Shown: positions 46,623 through 56,369 of the stretch, piece by piece
Layout: every line of letters begins with the position of its first letter
Numbering within the stretch: position 1 is the stretch's first letter
Source: Fimbriimonadales bacterium
GTDB taxonomy: Bacteria; Armatimonadota; Fimbriimonadia; Fimbriimonadales; JABRVX01
NCBI GenBank assembly: GCA_045862955.1
Contig: BTVI01000012.1
Coordinates: 1 to 64,000, forward strand
Direction: 5' to 3'
DNA length: 64,000 bases
Position numbers and translations under genes: made by a program
The notes under the pieces: generated by a model
Told to the model about the DNA's origin: nothing
Databases searched by the model: none
Seen by the model: only the letters and a program-made list of their open reading frames with translations

Positions 46623-47257
46623 GCGACTCGAGTTGGGCACAGGTGATGGAAGAATTGCGGCAAACCCTGAACCTTCAGCACCAAGGTCGAGAGGCAGCCT
46701 TGCCCCTGTGTAGGCAGGTGGTGCAATCCAGCTCCCGAGCGATCCGAAGCATCCATCGTAAGGAGTTCGATGCGGCGCGCGCTAAGCTGGACGCGACCAG
46801 GCAGCTGGTGCGCGAGATGCAGGCCGCCCTGGCCCCCTACCCCGAGCTCTGCTATTCCAACTACCGGAGCGACGCCGAGAAGGAGTATGTCGAGGGTGAA
46901 GCAGTACTGGCAATGGTGCTAAACCAGCCGCTGCCCAACCCCGAGGACCTCGAAGTAACGATTCCGGCGTACCTGAACGGCATGGCGGAGGCAGCTTCCG
47001 AGTGCAGGCGGTACGTGCTGGACCTCATGCGTGCCGGCAACCTCTCCGAGGCCGACCGAATCATGGCCACGATGGAGGAGATCTACGACGAACTCATCAC
47101 CGTGGACTTTCCCGATAGTCTTACGGGTGGGCTGAGACGAGCGTGCGACGCGTTGAGGACCGTGTTGGAGCGCACGCGCTCCGACCTCGCCCTTACGCAC
47201 ATCCAGACGGAGCTTCTCCGCGCGATCGGCAACGCGATGGACAAGTTGAACAAGTAG
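46619..47257 (+). CDS. Translin/TRAX-family protein
   Basis: REAAL..CR.V...S..AI..IHR, KEYVEG, YLNGMAEAASECRR, LRRACD; ATGA overlap with radC. Confidence 0.8.
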   Translation: MSDSSWAQVMEELRQTLNLQHQGREAALPLCRQVVQSSSRAIRSIHRKEFDAARAKLDATRQLVREMQAALAPYPELCYSNYRSDAEKEYVEGEAVLAMVLNQPLPNPEDLEVTIPAYLNGMAEAASECRRYVLDLMRAGNLSEADRIMATMEEIYDELITVDFPDSLTGGLRRACDALRTVLERTRSDLALTHIQTELLRAIGNAMDKLNK

Positions 47258-47284
47258 GTTGGGCGCGATAACGCAATCCTGTGG

Positions 47285-47313
47285 TTGCTAGCTCGCTAAG
47301 CCGGCGTTATAAT
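47285..47313 (+). promoter_or_regulatory. Sigma70-type promoter
   Basis: TTGCTA, 17-bp spacer, TATAAT; a matching TCGCTA-17-TATAAT lies at 49054-49082 before the paralog. Confidence 0.6.
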
Positions 47314-47382
47314 GATTGCGGGACACCCTGGCGATCCGAATCCCCATTCGCCGGCATTCGACCGTGTCCCAAGGAGAGTGGC

Positions 47383-48495
47383 ATGAACCGAGCGATCATC
47401 TTTGCGCTTCTCGGATGCCTGGCCCAGTCGGCGAGTGCCGTCAACGTGGGCATTTTCGACAACTCCCGCCTCTTGGGCACGTCCTGGAACATCGCGACCG
47501 CCGGCCAGCTCTCGCAGTTTCGTGCAGAGTGGGAGAGCCGCGGCGCGGTCTGGCAACAGACCTCCGCGCTAACTCCCACTTTTCTCGAGGGCGTCCAGGT
47601 GTTCGTCACCAGCAAGATCAGCACGCAGACCCTCGGCTCCGCCGAGAAGACCGCGCTGGTGAACTGGGTTCAGGCGGGCGGCACGCTGGTCGTGACGGCC
47701 GAGTGCAACTGCTACAACAATCAGACGGCTTACAACAGCATGTTGGCCCTATTCGGCTTCGTGCTCAGCGGCACGATTCCGGAGGCTTATGGGAGCGTTG
47801 TCGCTTCGCACCCCATTACGCAGGGGTTGAGTTCGCCGTATATCGGCCAGAACGGGTATCTCGTTCTTCCCGACGGGGCTCAACGGCTGATCGTGGATCA
47901 AATGGGAAACGACTGCGCTGCAGTCCTAGAGGGTAGCCCGATCGTGGGTCTCGGGCGCGTGTTCGTAATCGGCGACTGCGACATGTTTATCGATTTCTTC
48001 CTCACGTTGGAAGAGCAGAATGTGAAGCTGGTAAGGAATCTTGCCAACTGGGCCATGAACCCCACGGTCAGGCTCACGGGAACGATATCCTTGGCAGACT
48101 ACGTCGGCGTCATGACCGGCATGCCCGTTACGCTGGACGTGTACGAAGACGGTGTGTTGGTGTCCTCGCTCTTTACATGGATCGAGGACGAAGCCGGCAC
48201 GTACACCTTCGAGCTGCCTGGAACAGGGACCTACACCTTGCGCTGCAAGGCCTGGCACTGGCTGAGCGTGCTGAGGACCGGCGTGACGATAACGGGCGCG
48301 ACCACCATGAATTGGCACTTCCCGTACAACGGTGACGTGTGGAACGACAACACGATTGACCTCGCGGACCTCAACATGGTGCTAGTTGACTTCGCGAAAA
48401 GCGGGTTCAACTTGGCCGATGCCAATGGCAACGACCTGGTGGACCTGCTCGACCTCAATATCGTGCTGCTCAACTTCGCCCGCGTGGGTCAATAG
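47383..48495 (+). CDS. Secreted protein: GATase-like (DUF4350-like) domain, beta-sandwich, dockerin/EF-hand-like tail
   Basis: AAGGAG RBS; signal peptide; ALVNWVQAGGTL; GRVFVIGD; GDVWNDNTIDLADLN and DANGNDLVDLLDLN. Confidence 0.85.
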   Translation: MNRAIIFALLGCLAQSASAVNVGIFDNSRLLGTSWNIATAGQLSQFRAEWESRGAVWQQTSALTPTFLEGVQVFVTSKISTQTLGSAEKTALVNWVQAGGTLVVTAECNCYNNQTAYNSMLALFGFVLSGTIPEAYGSVVASHPITQGLSSPYIGQNGYLVLPDGAQRLIVDQMGNDCAAVLEGSPIVGLGRVFVIGDCDMFIDFFLTLEEQNVKLVRNLANWAMNPTVRLTGTISLADYVGVMTGMPVTLDVYEDGVLVSSLFTWIEDEAGTYTFELPGTGTYTLRCKAWHWLSVLRTGVTITGATTMNWHFPYNGDVWNDNTIDLADLNMVLVDFAKSGFNLADANGNDLVDLLDLNIVLLNFARVGQ

Positions 48496-48610
48496 CCGTT
48501 CTTCGTGGCTGCGCGGCCGAGGCCGCGCAGCCACAGAAGTATCACGATCGCATCCCCACGTCCGCTTCCTCAGAGCGAGCGCATCACGGGAATGCGCGAC
48601 CTGGGATTGC

Positions 48611-48756
48611 ACTACGATGACCTATTTGCGTTCTCCGCGGATCTCTGCGAGCCCCGCGTGAGATCCCATCGTGGCAACGGGCCGCACCACAGAGGCGGCA
48701 GGGTATAGCCGGGGGGTTGTCGCGCGGAGATCGCAAAGAGCTCGCCGAGTTCGCAG
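48611..48756. repeat. Degenerate REPIN-like element (copy 3 of 3)
   Basis: Inverted arms ~48625-48663 and ~48720-48756; colinear similarity to 7293-7450. Confidence 0.55.
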
Positions 48757-48840
48757 TAGCGTGCCCAAGTGGTACGAGATATCTTCGATCGTCCTCGGCC
48801 CGTCACCAACTCCGCTCTAGAGGATGCGCGAGCGCGTACT

Positions 48841-48970
48841 CCCTCCCCTTGGAACGCAGTGGAAGGGGGAGGGCCGGGGTGGGGGTCAGGCTCGATGCCT
48901 CGACGTTTCTGCTGCTGAACATACCGAACCCTCCGCCGAGCACCGACCCGAGCAGCCGAGACGTCGAGGC
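48841..48970. repeat. Diverged copy of the 41.5/42.0-kb composite element
   Basis: CCCTCCCCTT...AAGGGGGAGGG-CCGGGGTGGGGG followed by GCCTCGACGTTTC...GAGACGTCGAGGC, same module order. Confidence 0.7.
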
Positions 48971-49200
48971 TCTCATGCCCCACCCCTCTGCCGACGGCAC
49001 GCCCACGGAGTGTGTGCCGAGGCATCATGCATCCGTCCCCCGCCAGCTCGCCCTCGCTATCCAGACATTCCTGCGTTATAATGTCCAAACCTACCGGCTA
49101 GTCGAGTGACCGGCTGTCGTAATGGGCAGCACCTACCCGATGAAGCGACCCGTAGCGAGCCGTCACATTGATTACGCGCCGGCGACAAGGAGAGAGGCCT

Positions 49201-50307
49201 ATGAAGCGCATCGCGGCTGCGTTGGCGCTATGCGTCGGCGGAGCCTCCTGGGCCGCGGACGTCGGCATCTTCGCCGACAGCCTGCTCATCAGCTACGTGT
49301 ACAACATGGAAACCGGGTCGTACATGTCCGGCGTGCGTGCTCTTTGGGACGCGAGGGGCGTCACGTGGCGGCAGACCACGGTGCTGTCCGAGGAGTTCCT
49401 GAGCTCCGTTGACGTCTTGTACTTATCTCACTTCAAGGGCCCGTCGATCACCGGACCGGAGCAGGCCGCACTGTTCCAGTGGGTACGCGACGGCGGCACC
49501 CTGATCTTCTTCGGGGACTGCGGGTGAGGCATTGATCAGTCCGTACTGAACTCCGTTGTGGGCACGTTCGGTGTGAGTATCTGGAGTTCGACGACGTACG
49601 GCTGGGGTCAGGTCGTGACCCCGCACGCAATCAACCAAGGCGTTACGCGGATGTATGTCCCGAAAAACGGAGTGGTCACCGCTCCGGCTTCCGCCGTCAC
49701 CCTCTTCAACGATCCCTATAACACCAAAGACTGCATCGTGATGGAGCAGACCCTGGAAACGGGCAATGGGCGAGTGTTGGTATTCGGCGACTGGGACGGC
49801 TTCACGCAAACCTACTTCCCGAACTACGCCGAGAACCAGACGGTGGCCGCGAACATCGCAGATTGGGCGCTCCGCACGGCCACGATCTCGGGCTACGTCC
49901 AGCTATCGGGATACGCCGGCTCGACTGCAGGCAAGCCCGTCCGGTTAGACCTCTATCGCGAAGGGCGCCTGGTCAAATCGGTGGCAACGGTGCTCGGGGC
50001 ATCGGGCGAATACAGCGTGTCGGTATATCGCTCTGGCACGTACGACTTGGTGCTGAAGCCAGAGGGGTACCTCTCGGTGAAGCAAGTGGGCATCCCGCTG
50101 ACATACGGCTACAACACGGTGGACTGGCAGGTGCCATACATCGGCGACGTCAACGGGGACAACGCCGTGGACATCCGCGACGTGAACCCTATCCTGATCC
50201 ACTTCGGAGCTCCGGGCCCACACCCGTGCGACGTGAACGGGGACGGTACGGTCGGGGTGGACGACATGGCCGCGGCTCTCGTGAACTTCGGCCGTTTCGG
50301 GCAGTAG
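49201..50307 (+). CDS. Paralog of 47383-48495 with in-frame TGA at 49525-49527 (candidate selenoprotein, or nonsense pseudogene)
   Basis: ORFs 49168-49527 and 49558-50307 are in the same frame; read-through gives 368 aa versus 370 aa for the paralog; TGA aligns to Cys. Confidence 0.8.
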
Positions 50308-50324
50308 GCTCTTTCCGGAGATGC

Positions 50325-50360
50325 AGCCCCCCGAACCTAGGCTCGGGGGGCTTTCATTAT
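50325..50360 (+). terminator. Intrinsic terminator
   Basis: AGCCCCCCGA-acctaggc-TCGGGGGGCT followed by TTCATTAT. Confidence 0.75.
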
Positions 50361-50569
50361 GCTGTGGCAGCCACGAGGGACGCCCGAACTTTCGGCGTCT
50401 CGAGGATACACATGCGGTCCGGCGAGACGCCGGTGTTACTCCGCACAGGCGCCGACCGCCATGGCTAGCACAGTCCGTCGACGATCTCCGGCCTCCCCGC
50501 CGACGTCGGAGTTGTTTAGCATGTATAATAATCAGGGCCTAGCGCCCAGATATCTGAAGAGGTGTCCCG

Positions 50570-51328
50570 TTGCAGACCGTTTCCGTCAACCCGACCGCAA
50601 TCACGCAGGCCGATGTGGACCTTTACCGCCAGCAGGGCTACATCCGCTTCGGACGCATACTCACCGACGACGAGCTCGCAGCCGCGCGTGAACACGTGGA
50701 CTGGCTGATGGCCAATCTGAAGGAAGACGAGTGGCCGGAACGCATGAACGGAATCCACAACGAAGACGAGAAGATGTATGCCCTCTGCACCAACCCTCGC
50801 CTTCTGGATGCCGTCGAGAAGTTCATCGGCCCGAACATCGTGTTGTTCTCCAGCCACCTTTTGTGCAAGCCCGAGCGCGAGGGGCACGCTGTCCCGTGGC
50901 ATCAGGACGGCATCTTCTGGCCGCTGGAGCCCATGGAAATCCTGACTGTGTGGCTCGCGCTCGACGATGCAGGACCAGAGAACGGCTGCATGAGGGTCAT
51001 TCCCGGCACGCACACCCGTGGGCCCATCGAGCACGTGCCGCAGGACACCGGCACCCAGGTGCTGCACCTAGGCCTACCGATGAGCGAAGTGGACGAGAGC
51101 AAGGCGGTAGACATCGAGCTGAAAATGGGCGAGTTTTCCATACACGAGCCATGGCTGATCCACGGCTCGAACGTGAACCGCTCGAACAAGCGCCGCGCCG
51201 GCTACACGATGCGCTTTATGCCGGCCACCACCAAGCTGACGCGCACGCCGGGCTTCTACGAGACGCTCAAGATGTATCTCGTCCGCGGCAAACCGGTCCC
51301 CGGCATCAACGACTACGCGAACGTGTAG
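50570..51328 (+). CDS. Phytanoyl-CoA dioxygenase (PhyH) family Fe/2OG oxygenase
   Basis: PWHQD, TVWLALDD, ENGCMRVIPGTH, HGS..N.S..RR. Confidence 0.92.
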   Translation: MQTVSVNPTAITQADVDLYRQQGYIRFGRILTDDELAAAREHVDWLMANLKEDEWPERMNGIHNEDEKMYALCTNPRLLDAVEKFIGPNIVLFSSHLLCKPEREGHAVPWHQDGIFWPLEPMEILTVWLALDDAGPENGCMRVIPGTHTRGPIEHVPQDTGTQVLHLGLPMSEVDESKAVDIELKMGEFSIHEPWLIHGSNVNRSNKRRAGYTMRFMPATTKLTRTPGFYETLKMYLVRGKPVPGINDYANV

Positions 51329-51340
51329 GCCGCGACCCTA

Positions 51341-51432
51341 TGCATGCCTCCATCCGCCTTCGGATGGAGGCTCGGGACCCTTGGTACTTCCTGCATGCCT
51401 CCATCCGCCCTCGGATGGAGGCTCGGGTCCCT
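51341..51432. repeat. Two REP hairpins at the 3-prime side of the RAYT
   Basis: GCAT-GCCTCCATCCG-CC(T/C)T-CGGATGGAGGC, twice. Confidence 0.9.
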
Positions 51433-51457
51433 TCCTGTACTTCAGCAGAGGGGAAGT

Positions 51458-52057
51458 TCAGGGCATCACACTTACACTGCCGCCCTTTATCACCAGCAAC
51501 TCAGGCGAGCAATAGTAGCGGACGAGTTCAGGGTCGAGATGCAGACCCCGCTCCTCGGACCAGACACCCTGATCGTAGAGAAAAGCACTGGACCACCGAT
51601 ACTCGCTCTGCAAAGCTACGAGCCCTGCGCGAACGGGGTTGTTGTGGATGTAGTCGGCCTTCTGCCGAAACAGCGAGTCTCGGTTGATGGGGAACGAGCG
51701 ATAGCTCCTGTCCCACAAGACTCGCTCATTGCTCCCCGACTGCCTACCAAGCTCCTCCAGGACCTCTGCGGACAGCGCGCTGAGCAGCCTCTTGGCTGCA
51801 TTGGATTTCAGCCGAGCCATGAGCCAGGCGATGGACCGTCCCGTCGGCACTCGAAGAATGGCGTGCCAGTGCGACGATAGCACGACGTAGGCGTCCAGGA
51901 TTGCCCCATAGTGTAGGCAGTCATGAATCAGGCTGGCAGTCATGATGTCGCGTGCTATGGTGGTACGAAGCGCGTGCACGCGATTCAGGCACGTGCTGGT
52001 GACGAACGTGCATGCGCCTTCTGGCCCCCAATTCCTGTAGTGGTGATCGCAGGGCAT
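51458..52057 (-). mobile_element. REP-associated tyrosine transposase (RAYT, Y1 HUH family)
   Basis: TFVTSTC, AYVVLSSHWH (HUH), LKS, LWDRSY, YIHNNPVRAGLV...YRWSS; REP hairpins on both flanks. Confidence 0.9.
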
Positions 52058-52150
52058 CCCAAGGTCGTTCTCTGGTTGTCCGATGGCTTCCTGTCCAACT
52101 ACTGAAACTGCCTCGGCCGTGGGTAGGACCCTCCCCTCCTTACAGCTCTC

Positions 52151-53103
52151 CATCTCTCCACCCGAGGGCGGGTGGAGAGATGGGATGATCGCGGGTGGAG
52201 AGATGGCAGCCCCTGCATGCCTCCATCCGCCCTCGGATGGAGGCTCGGGACCCTTGGTACTTCCTGCATGCCTCCATCCGCCTTCGGATGGAGGCTTCGT
52301 GCTACCAGGTAGGAGATGCCGACCTGCGCGACCGTGCATGACCAGACCGCGCCCCCTCTCCACCCGAGGGCGGGTGGAGAGATGGCAGCCCCTGCATGCC
52401 TCCATCCGCCGTCGGCTGGAGGCTTCGTGCTACCAGGTAGGAGATGCCAACCTGCGCGAACGTGCATGACCAGACCGCGTTTCCTCTCCACCCGAGGACG
52501 GGTGGAGAGATGGGGGTTTCCCCATGCCTCCATCCGCCTTCGGATGGAGGCTTCGCGCTCTCTGGTGGGGAGATGCCAACCTGCGCGAGCGTGCATGACC
52601 AGACCCCGTTTCCTCTCCACCCGAGGGCGGGTGGAGAGATGGCGGTTTCCCCATGCCTCCATCCGCCCTCGGATGGAGGCTTCGTGCTCTCTGGTGGGGA
52701 GATGCCAACCTGCGCGAGCGTGCATGACCGGACCCCGTTTCCTCTCCACCCGAGGGCGGGTGGAGAGATGGGAAGCGTGCATGACCAGACCCCGTTTCCT
52801 CTCCACCCGAGGGCGGGTGGAGAGGTGGGATGCGTGCATGACCAGACCGCGTTTCCTCTCCACCCGAGGGCGGGTGGAGAGATGGGATGCATGACCGACC
52901 GATTCCTCTCCACCCGAGGGCGGGTGGAGAGATGGGATGCATGACCACACCGATTCCTCTCCACCCGAGGGCGGGTGGAGAGATGGGATGAGCGTCCTGC
53001 CAGACCGCGCCCCCTCTCCACCCGAGGGCGGGTGGAGAGATGGGATGAGCGTGCATGACCAGGCCGCGCCCTCTCTCCACCCGAGGGCGGGTGGAGAGAT
53101 GGG
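52151..53103. repeat. Large REP array upstream of the RAYT
   Basis: About 11 copies of CTCTCCACCCG-AGGG-CGGGTGGAGAG and 5 of GCCTCCATCCG-CCYT-CGGATGGAGGC; alternating ~129-bp units, then 50-60-bp monomers. Confidence 0.93.
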
Positions 53104-53126
53104 ACAAGCATCCATAAGTGGCGCCC

Positions 53127-54842
53127 CTACTCTGGCCCCATGCGGTCGAGGGAGAGCCAGATGCGGAGAGCCATCGCGATGGCTCCCACGAACACCCCGA
53201 ACGAAATACCTCGTTGCACCGCCGAGTTCGCGAGGTCCAGATACCACTGCCTGATGGATGCCATCCCCCACGACTCCTCGAGCCCTGGCGGAAGCCAGGA
53301 CGTAAGCAAGTCGCCTATGGGCACTTGAGCAAGCATGATGATGGTAGCCGAGATGGCGAGCACCGTGGCGTCCCGTCCGCGGATGCGGAATGCGCGGTAC
53401 GCCGCAGAGACGAGGAACGCGGCCAGCAGAGAAAACATCGTGGAACCCAGCGGTACCTGCAACTTCGCCCAAAGTAAGTCGTACCACCGCTCCACGGCCG
53501 CCCGGTAAGCGGGGTCCACTGCCTCGGTGCCGTTCACGGGGGGCAGCAGCTTGTACATGATCACTACCACGCACATGGCTACCATAGAAACTAGGAAGGC
53601 AATCGAATCGAACCAACCCTTCTGCTTTCTCCCCAAGCGCACGAGGTGAATGCGCAGAAGGCCGATGAGTCCGATGCCGACGGAAAACGCGGAGACGATC
53701 TGAAGCCACTTCGCAACCGTCTCGAGCTTGAGCGGCATCACGCCCGTGCCTTGCTTGCCCGGTCCCACCGGCGGACCAGACACGCGCCACGCCGAGCCGC
53801 CGTCGCCTTCATACACAGCGAGCGACTGGCGGTTTTTCTCCCCCAAGTAGGAAACTAGTAGCCGATAGCCCCCGCCGTCTCGCACGGCGTCTGCCGAAGC
53901 ATACTCGCGTTCCGAAGGCGCGGCGGGCAGGGTGAGTGGCGTCCCCACCTGCGCTCCCGGCTCCAACACCATCAGCTTGTGGTCGCCGACGATCAACAGG
54001 CGCCACCCGCCGTTTGCGGCCACTGCGGATACGGAGCCGATGTTCACGAACTCGTCGGGCCATGGGAGAGGCTGTTGCGACAGCGTCCACCGACGGCCAT
54101 CTGGGCTAGTAGCGGTCCCGATGCGGTCATACTCGGCGCCGACACCCACGAACCACATGCGATACCCGTCGCCGTCTCGGCGGACGCACACGCCGTTGAT
54201 ACCCTTTGCGACCCAGCGGGTCTCGCGGCGCAGAGCGGCCACCTTCTCTTCGTAGGCCGATTTCAGCTTGGCCAGATCGTCGGCGACTTGCTCGCGCGTG
54301 CGCCCGTCTCGTGCCAGAAGAGCAGTCCGCTCTCGATCCATCTCCCGATCCAAGGCTTTGAGTCGGGCGTCCAAATCCAGGGGGTCCTCGATGACTTTCA
54401 CTGGAGCGGACCAGTGTTTGCCGTCTCGGCTCTCCGTGTACAGCACTCCCGGCTTCCGCTCTTTATAGTCCAGGCCGATGTACCACATGCGCAGCAGCCC
54501 GTCTTCCTCCAAGATCGAAGGGCTCTTGCTTCCGAAGTAGTCCACCCGACGGAAGGGCGAAGGAGCCAGCACGACCTCGCGCTTGGTCGGGTCGTCGAGA
54601 GGGAAGCGCGTGATGCGGTATTGCATCAGTTTCTCGTCTGGGGTGTCATCGGCCTTCTTCGGGCCGGAGAGCGCCGAGTAGTAGACCGTCCAGGCGCCGT
54701 CTCGATACACCGCTGTCGCCGAGCCGATGCCATTCCTATCGAAGGCGCCGCCGATCTCGGCGGGAAGCATGAACTCCAGGATGTAGTACAGCCCGAAGAG
54801 GAACGTGAGGCTGACGATGAGCCACTTCTTCCAACGACTCAT
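53127..54842 (-). CDS. Conserved membrane protein (DUF6754 partner) with inserted beta-propeller-like domain
   Basis: C-terminal PLGSTMFSLLAAFLVSAAYRAFR...LRIWL membrane domain; insert with SPSIL...RMWY...SRDGKHW and RMWF...IGTATSPDGRRW blades. Confidence 0.75.
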   Translation of the reverse strand: MSRWKKWLIVSLTFLFGLYYILEFMLPAEIGGAFDRNGIGSATAVYRDGAWTVYYSALSGPKKADDTPDEKLMQYRITRFPLDDPTKREVVLAPSPFRRVDYFGSKSPSILEEDGLLRMWYIGLDYKERKPGVLYTESRDGKHWSAPVKVIEDPLDLDARLKALDREMDRERTALLARDGRTREQVADDLAKLKSAYEEKVAALRRETRWVAKGINGVCVRRDGDGYRMWFVGVGAEYDRIGTATSPDGRRWTLSQQPLPWPDEFVNIGSVSAVAANGGWRLLIVGDHKLMVLEPGAQVGTPLTLPAAPSEREYASADAVRDGGGYRLLVSYLGEKNRQSLAVYEGDGGSAWRVSGPPVGPGKQGTGVMPLKLETVAKWLQIVSAFSVGIGLIGLLRIHLVRLGRKQKGWFDSIAFLVSMVAMCVVVIMYKLLPPVNGTEAVDPAYRAAVERWYDLLWAKLQVPLGSTMFSLLAAFLVSAAYRAFRIRGRDATVLAISATIIMLAQVPIGDLLTSWLPPGLEESWGMASIRQWYLDLANSAVQRGISFGVFVGAIAMALRIWLSLDRMGPE

Positions 54843-55627
54843 TGTCCGAGCAACCCGAGTACCCAGGAGAAATCAGGTGACTGCCCACGCAAGACGGCTA
54901 CCATAGCGGCTGCGGCGCCGACCAAGATCAGCAGGCAAACGGCGAGCTTGCCGATGTCTTGTCCGCTGATGCTGCCGAGTTGCGTCGGCTCACGGCCCAG
55001 GTAGGCGCTCGCGGCGAATAGCTCTTCGCCGATGAGGGTGTAGTCGCAGGCGCACAGGAAGAAGGGAATCTGGAAGGCGTCGTTGGTAGCGGCGACCTGG
55101 ATGGCGCCCACGCGTTGTCCCGTCTCGGCGAGCAGCAGCGACTCGAAGCCGAAGGACCCGAAGTAGAAAACGCCGGCGATGCGGTCGCGCTCGATGATGC
55201 CCGCGGCAGCCGCCGCGAACGCACTCTGGCTGTCCGAGAGGAAGCGCACGTCGTTCGGGTCGAAGACGTCCAGCCTATCTTCTGCCCGGCACACCTCTTG
55301 ATACATGTCGCGCGCCACTGGGAGCACGACTGCCGAAAGGATTGGCACGATCATTCGCACACCGAAGCGTGCGCACTGCCGCCCGACGTACTGCATCACC
55401 TGCAGGCCGGCGGGGGTGGCCATGTTGTTGAAGTCCGCGATGCCCGGGACGAACATCACGGAGCGGCCCATCTCTGTGGCTCGTCCGACGGCCTCCTCCA
55501 GCGCGTCTATGCCCCGGATTCGGCGGATGAAGAGCTGCGCGCCGCGCCGGGCGGCCAGGATTCGGCCCAACACTGCGAAGGCGAAGAGCGCGAACAGTAT
55601 GCGGATTGTCCAGCTAGCGTGGTCCAA
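54839..55627 (-). CDS. DUF6754-like membrane protein
   Basis: FIRRIRGIDALEEAVGRATEMGR, ESLLLAETG, QIPFF..CDYTLIGEELFAASAYL, QDIGK. Confidence 0.8.
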   Translation of the reverse strand: MDHASWTIRILFALFAFAVLGRILAARRGAQLFIRRIRGIDALEEAVGRATEMGRSVMFVPGIADFNNMATPAGLQVMQYVGRQCARFGVRMIVPILSAVVLPVARDMYQEVCRAEDRLDVFDPNDVRFLSDSQSAFAAAAAGIIERDRIAGVFYFGSFGFESLLLAETGQRVGAIQVAATNDAFQIPFFLCACDYTLIGEELFAASAYLGREPTQLGSISGQDIGKLAVCLLILVGAAAAMVAVLRGQSPDFSWVLGLLGQ

Positions 55628-55712
55628 GCGGGCTCACCGAGCGAGTCTCATTCAGCGTCGGCGCGGGGAATCCTTCCGGCGTAGTTCGACCCCGTAATGC
55701 TGCCAGGGGCGG

Positions 55713-56339
55713 TTAGTCCACCAGAGTGGCTTCGAGGAAGCGGACGGCGTCGTCGTTCACTACCCGATGGAACTGAGCGACGTCCTCGACCAGCAGCTCT
55801 AACGACACGGGCGCCTGCCCGGAGGCCGAGAGCTTCAGGAAGTATCGAGTCGCGTTCTGGAAGTAGGGTTCCACGTTCAGGTCGCAGATGTACGGCGGGC
55901 GCTCGAAGTTGATGCGAAGGCCCACGCCGCGCAGGCCGTCGAAGCGCGCGCGCATGTCGTCTTCCGGCAGCGGCGCGAAGCAGTGAACGGACTGTTCGGT
56001 TGCCGACCCATCGGCCTCCACGTGCGCCACGATCTGCACCATCGCGGGGAACCTATCGTCCAGCAACAGCGCCTCGCGCAGACCGCTTAGCGAGTGCAGC
56101 CAATTCGCAGAGTCGAACTGAAGCGATTCGCCGTCGTGGGTGGCGTTCAGCTGAGCCTCGGCGACGAAGACAGTCTTCCGGTGGGCATGATTGACCAGCA
56201 ACATGGAGTTTGGCAACGGAGTGGGTTGCGGAACGTACTCCGGGCCGAGGAACTCTACGATCCTATGCCTGCGCGCTTCGGTCAGAGGCCCAATCGGCGT
56301 GTTCAATACAATCTGGATCTGCTTCGTCTCACCGTACAT
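55713..56339 (-). CDS. Hypothetical protein
   Basis: AAGGAGGG RBS; 208-aa ORF in a minus-strand gene run. Confidence 0.75.
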   Translation of the reverse strand: MYGETKQIQIVLNTPIGPLTEARRHRIVEFLGPEYVPQPTPLPNSMLLVNHAHRKTVFVAEAQLNATHDGESLQFDSANWLHSLSGLREALLLDDRFPAMVQIVAHVEADGSATEQSVHCFAPLPEDDMRARFDGLRGVGLRINFERPPYICDLNVEPYFQNATRYFLKLSASGQAPVSLELLVEDVAQFHRVVNDDAVRFLEATLVD

Positions 56340-56369
56340 TTCGCACCCTCCTTTCCATACGGCAGGCCG

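Noticed and set aside
52151..53103. CRISPR array, or the several long ORFs called across this region
   Set aside because: Linkers are homologous and of variable length; the ORFs are translations of palindromic repeats. The 5-prime extension of ORF 51458-52405 beyond 52057 is repeat-derived
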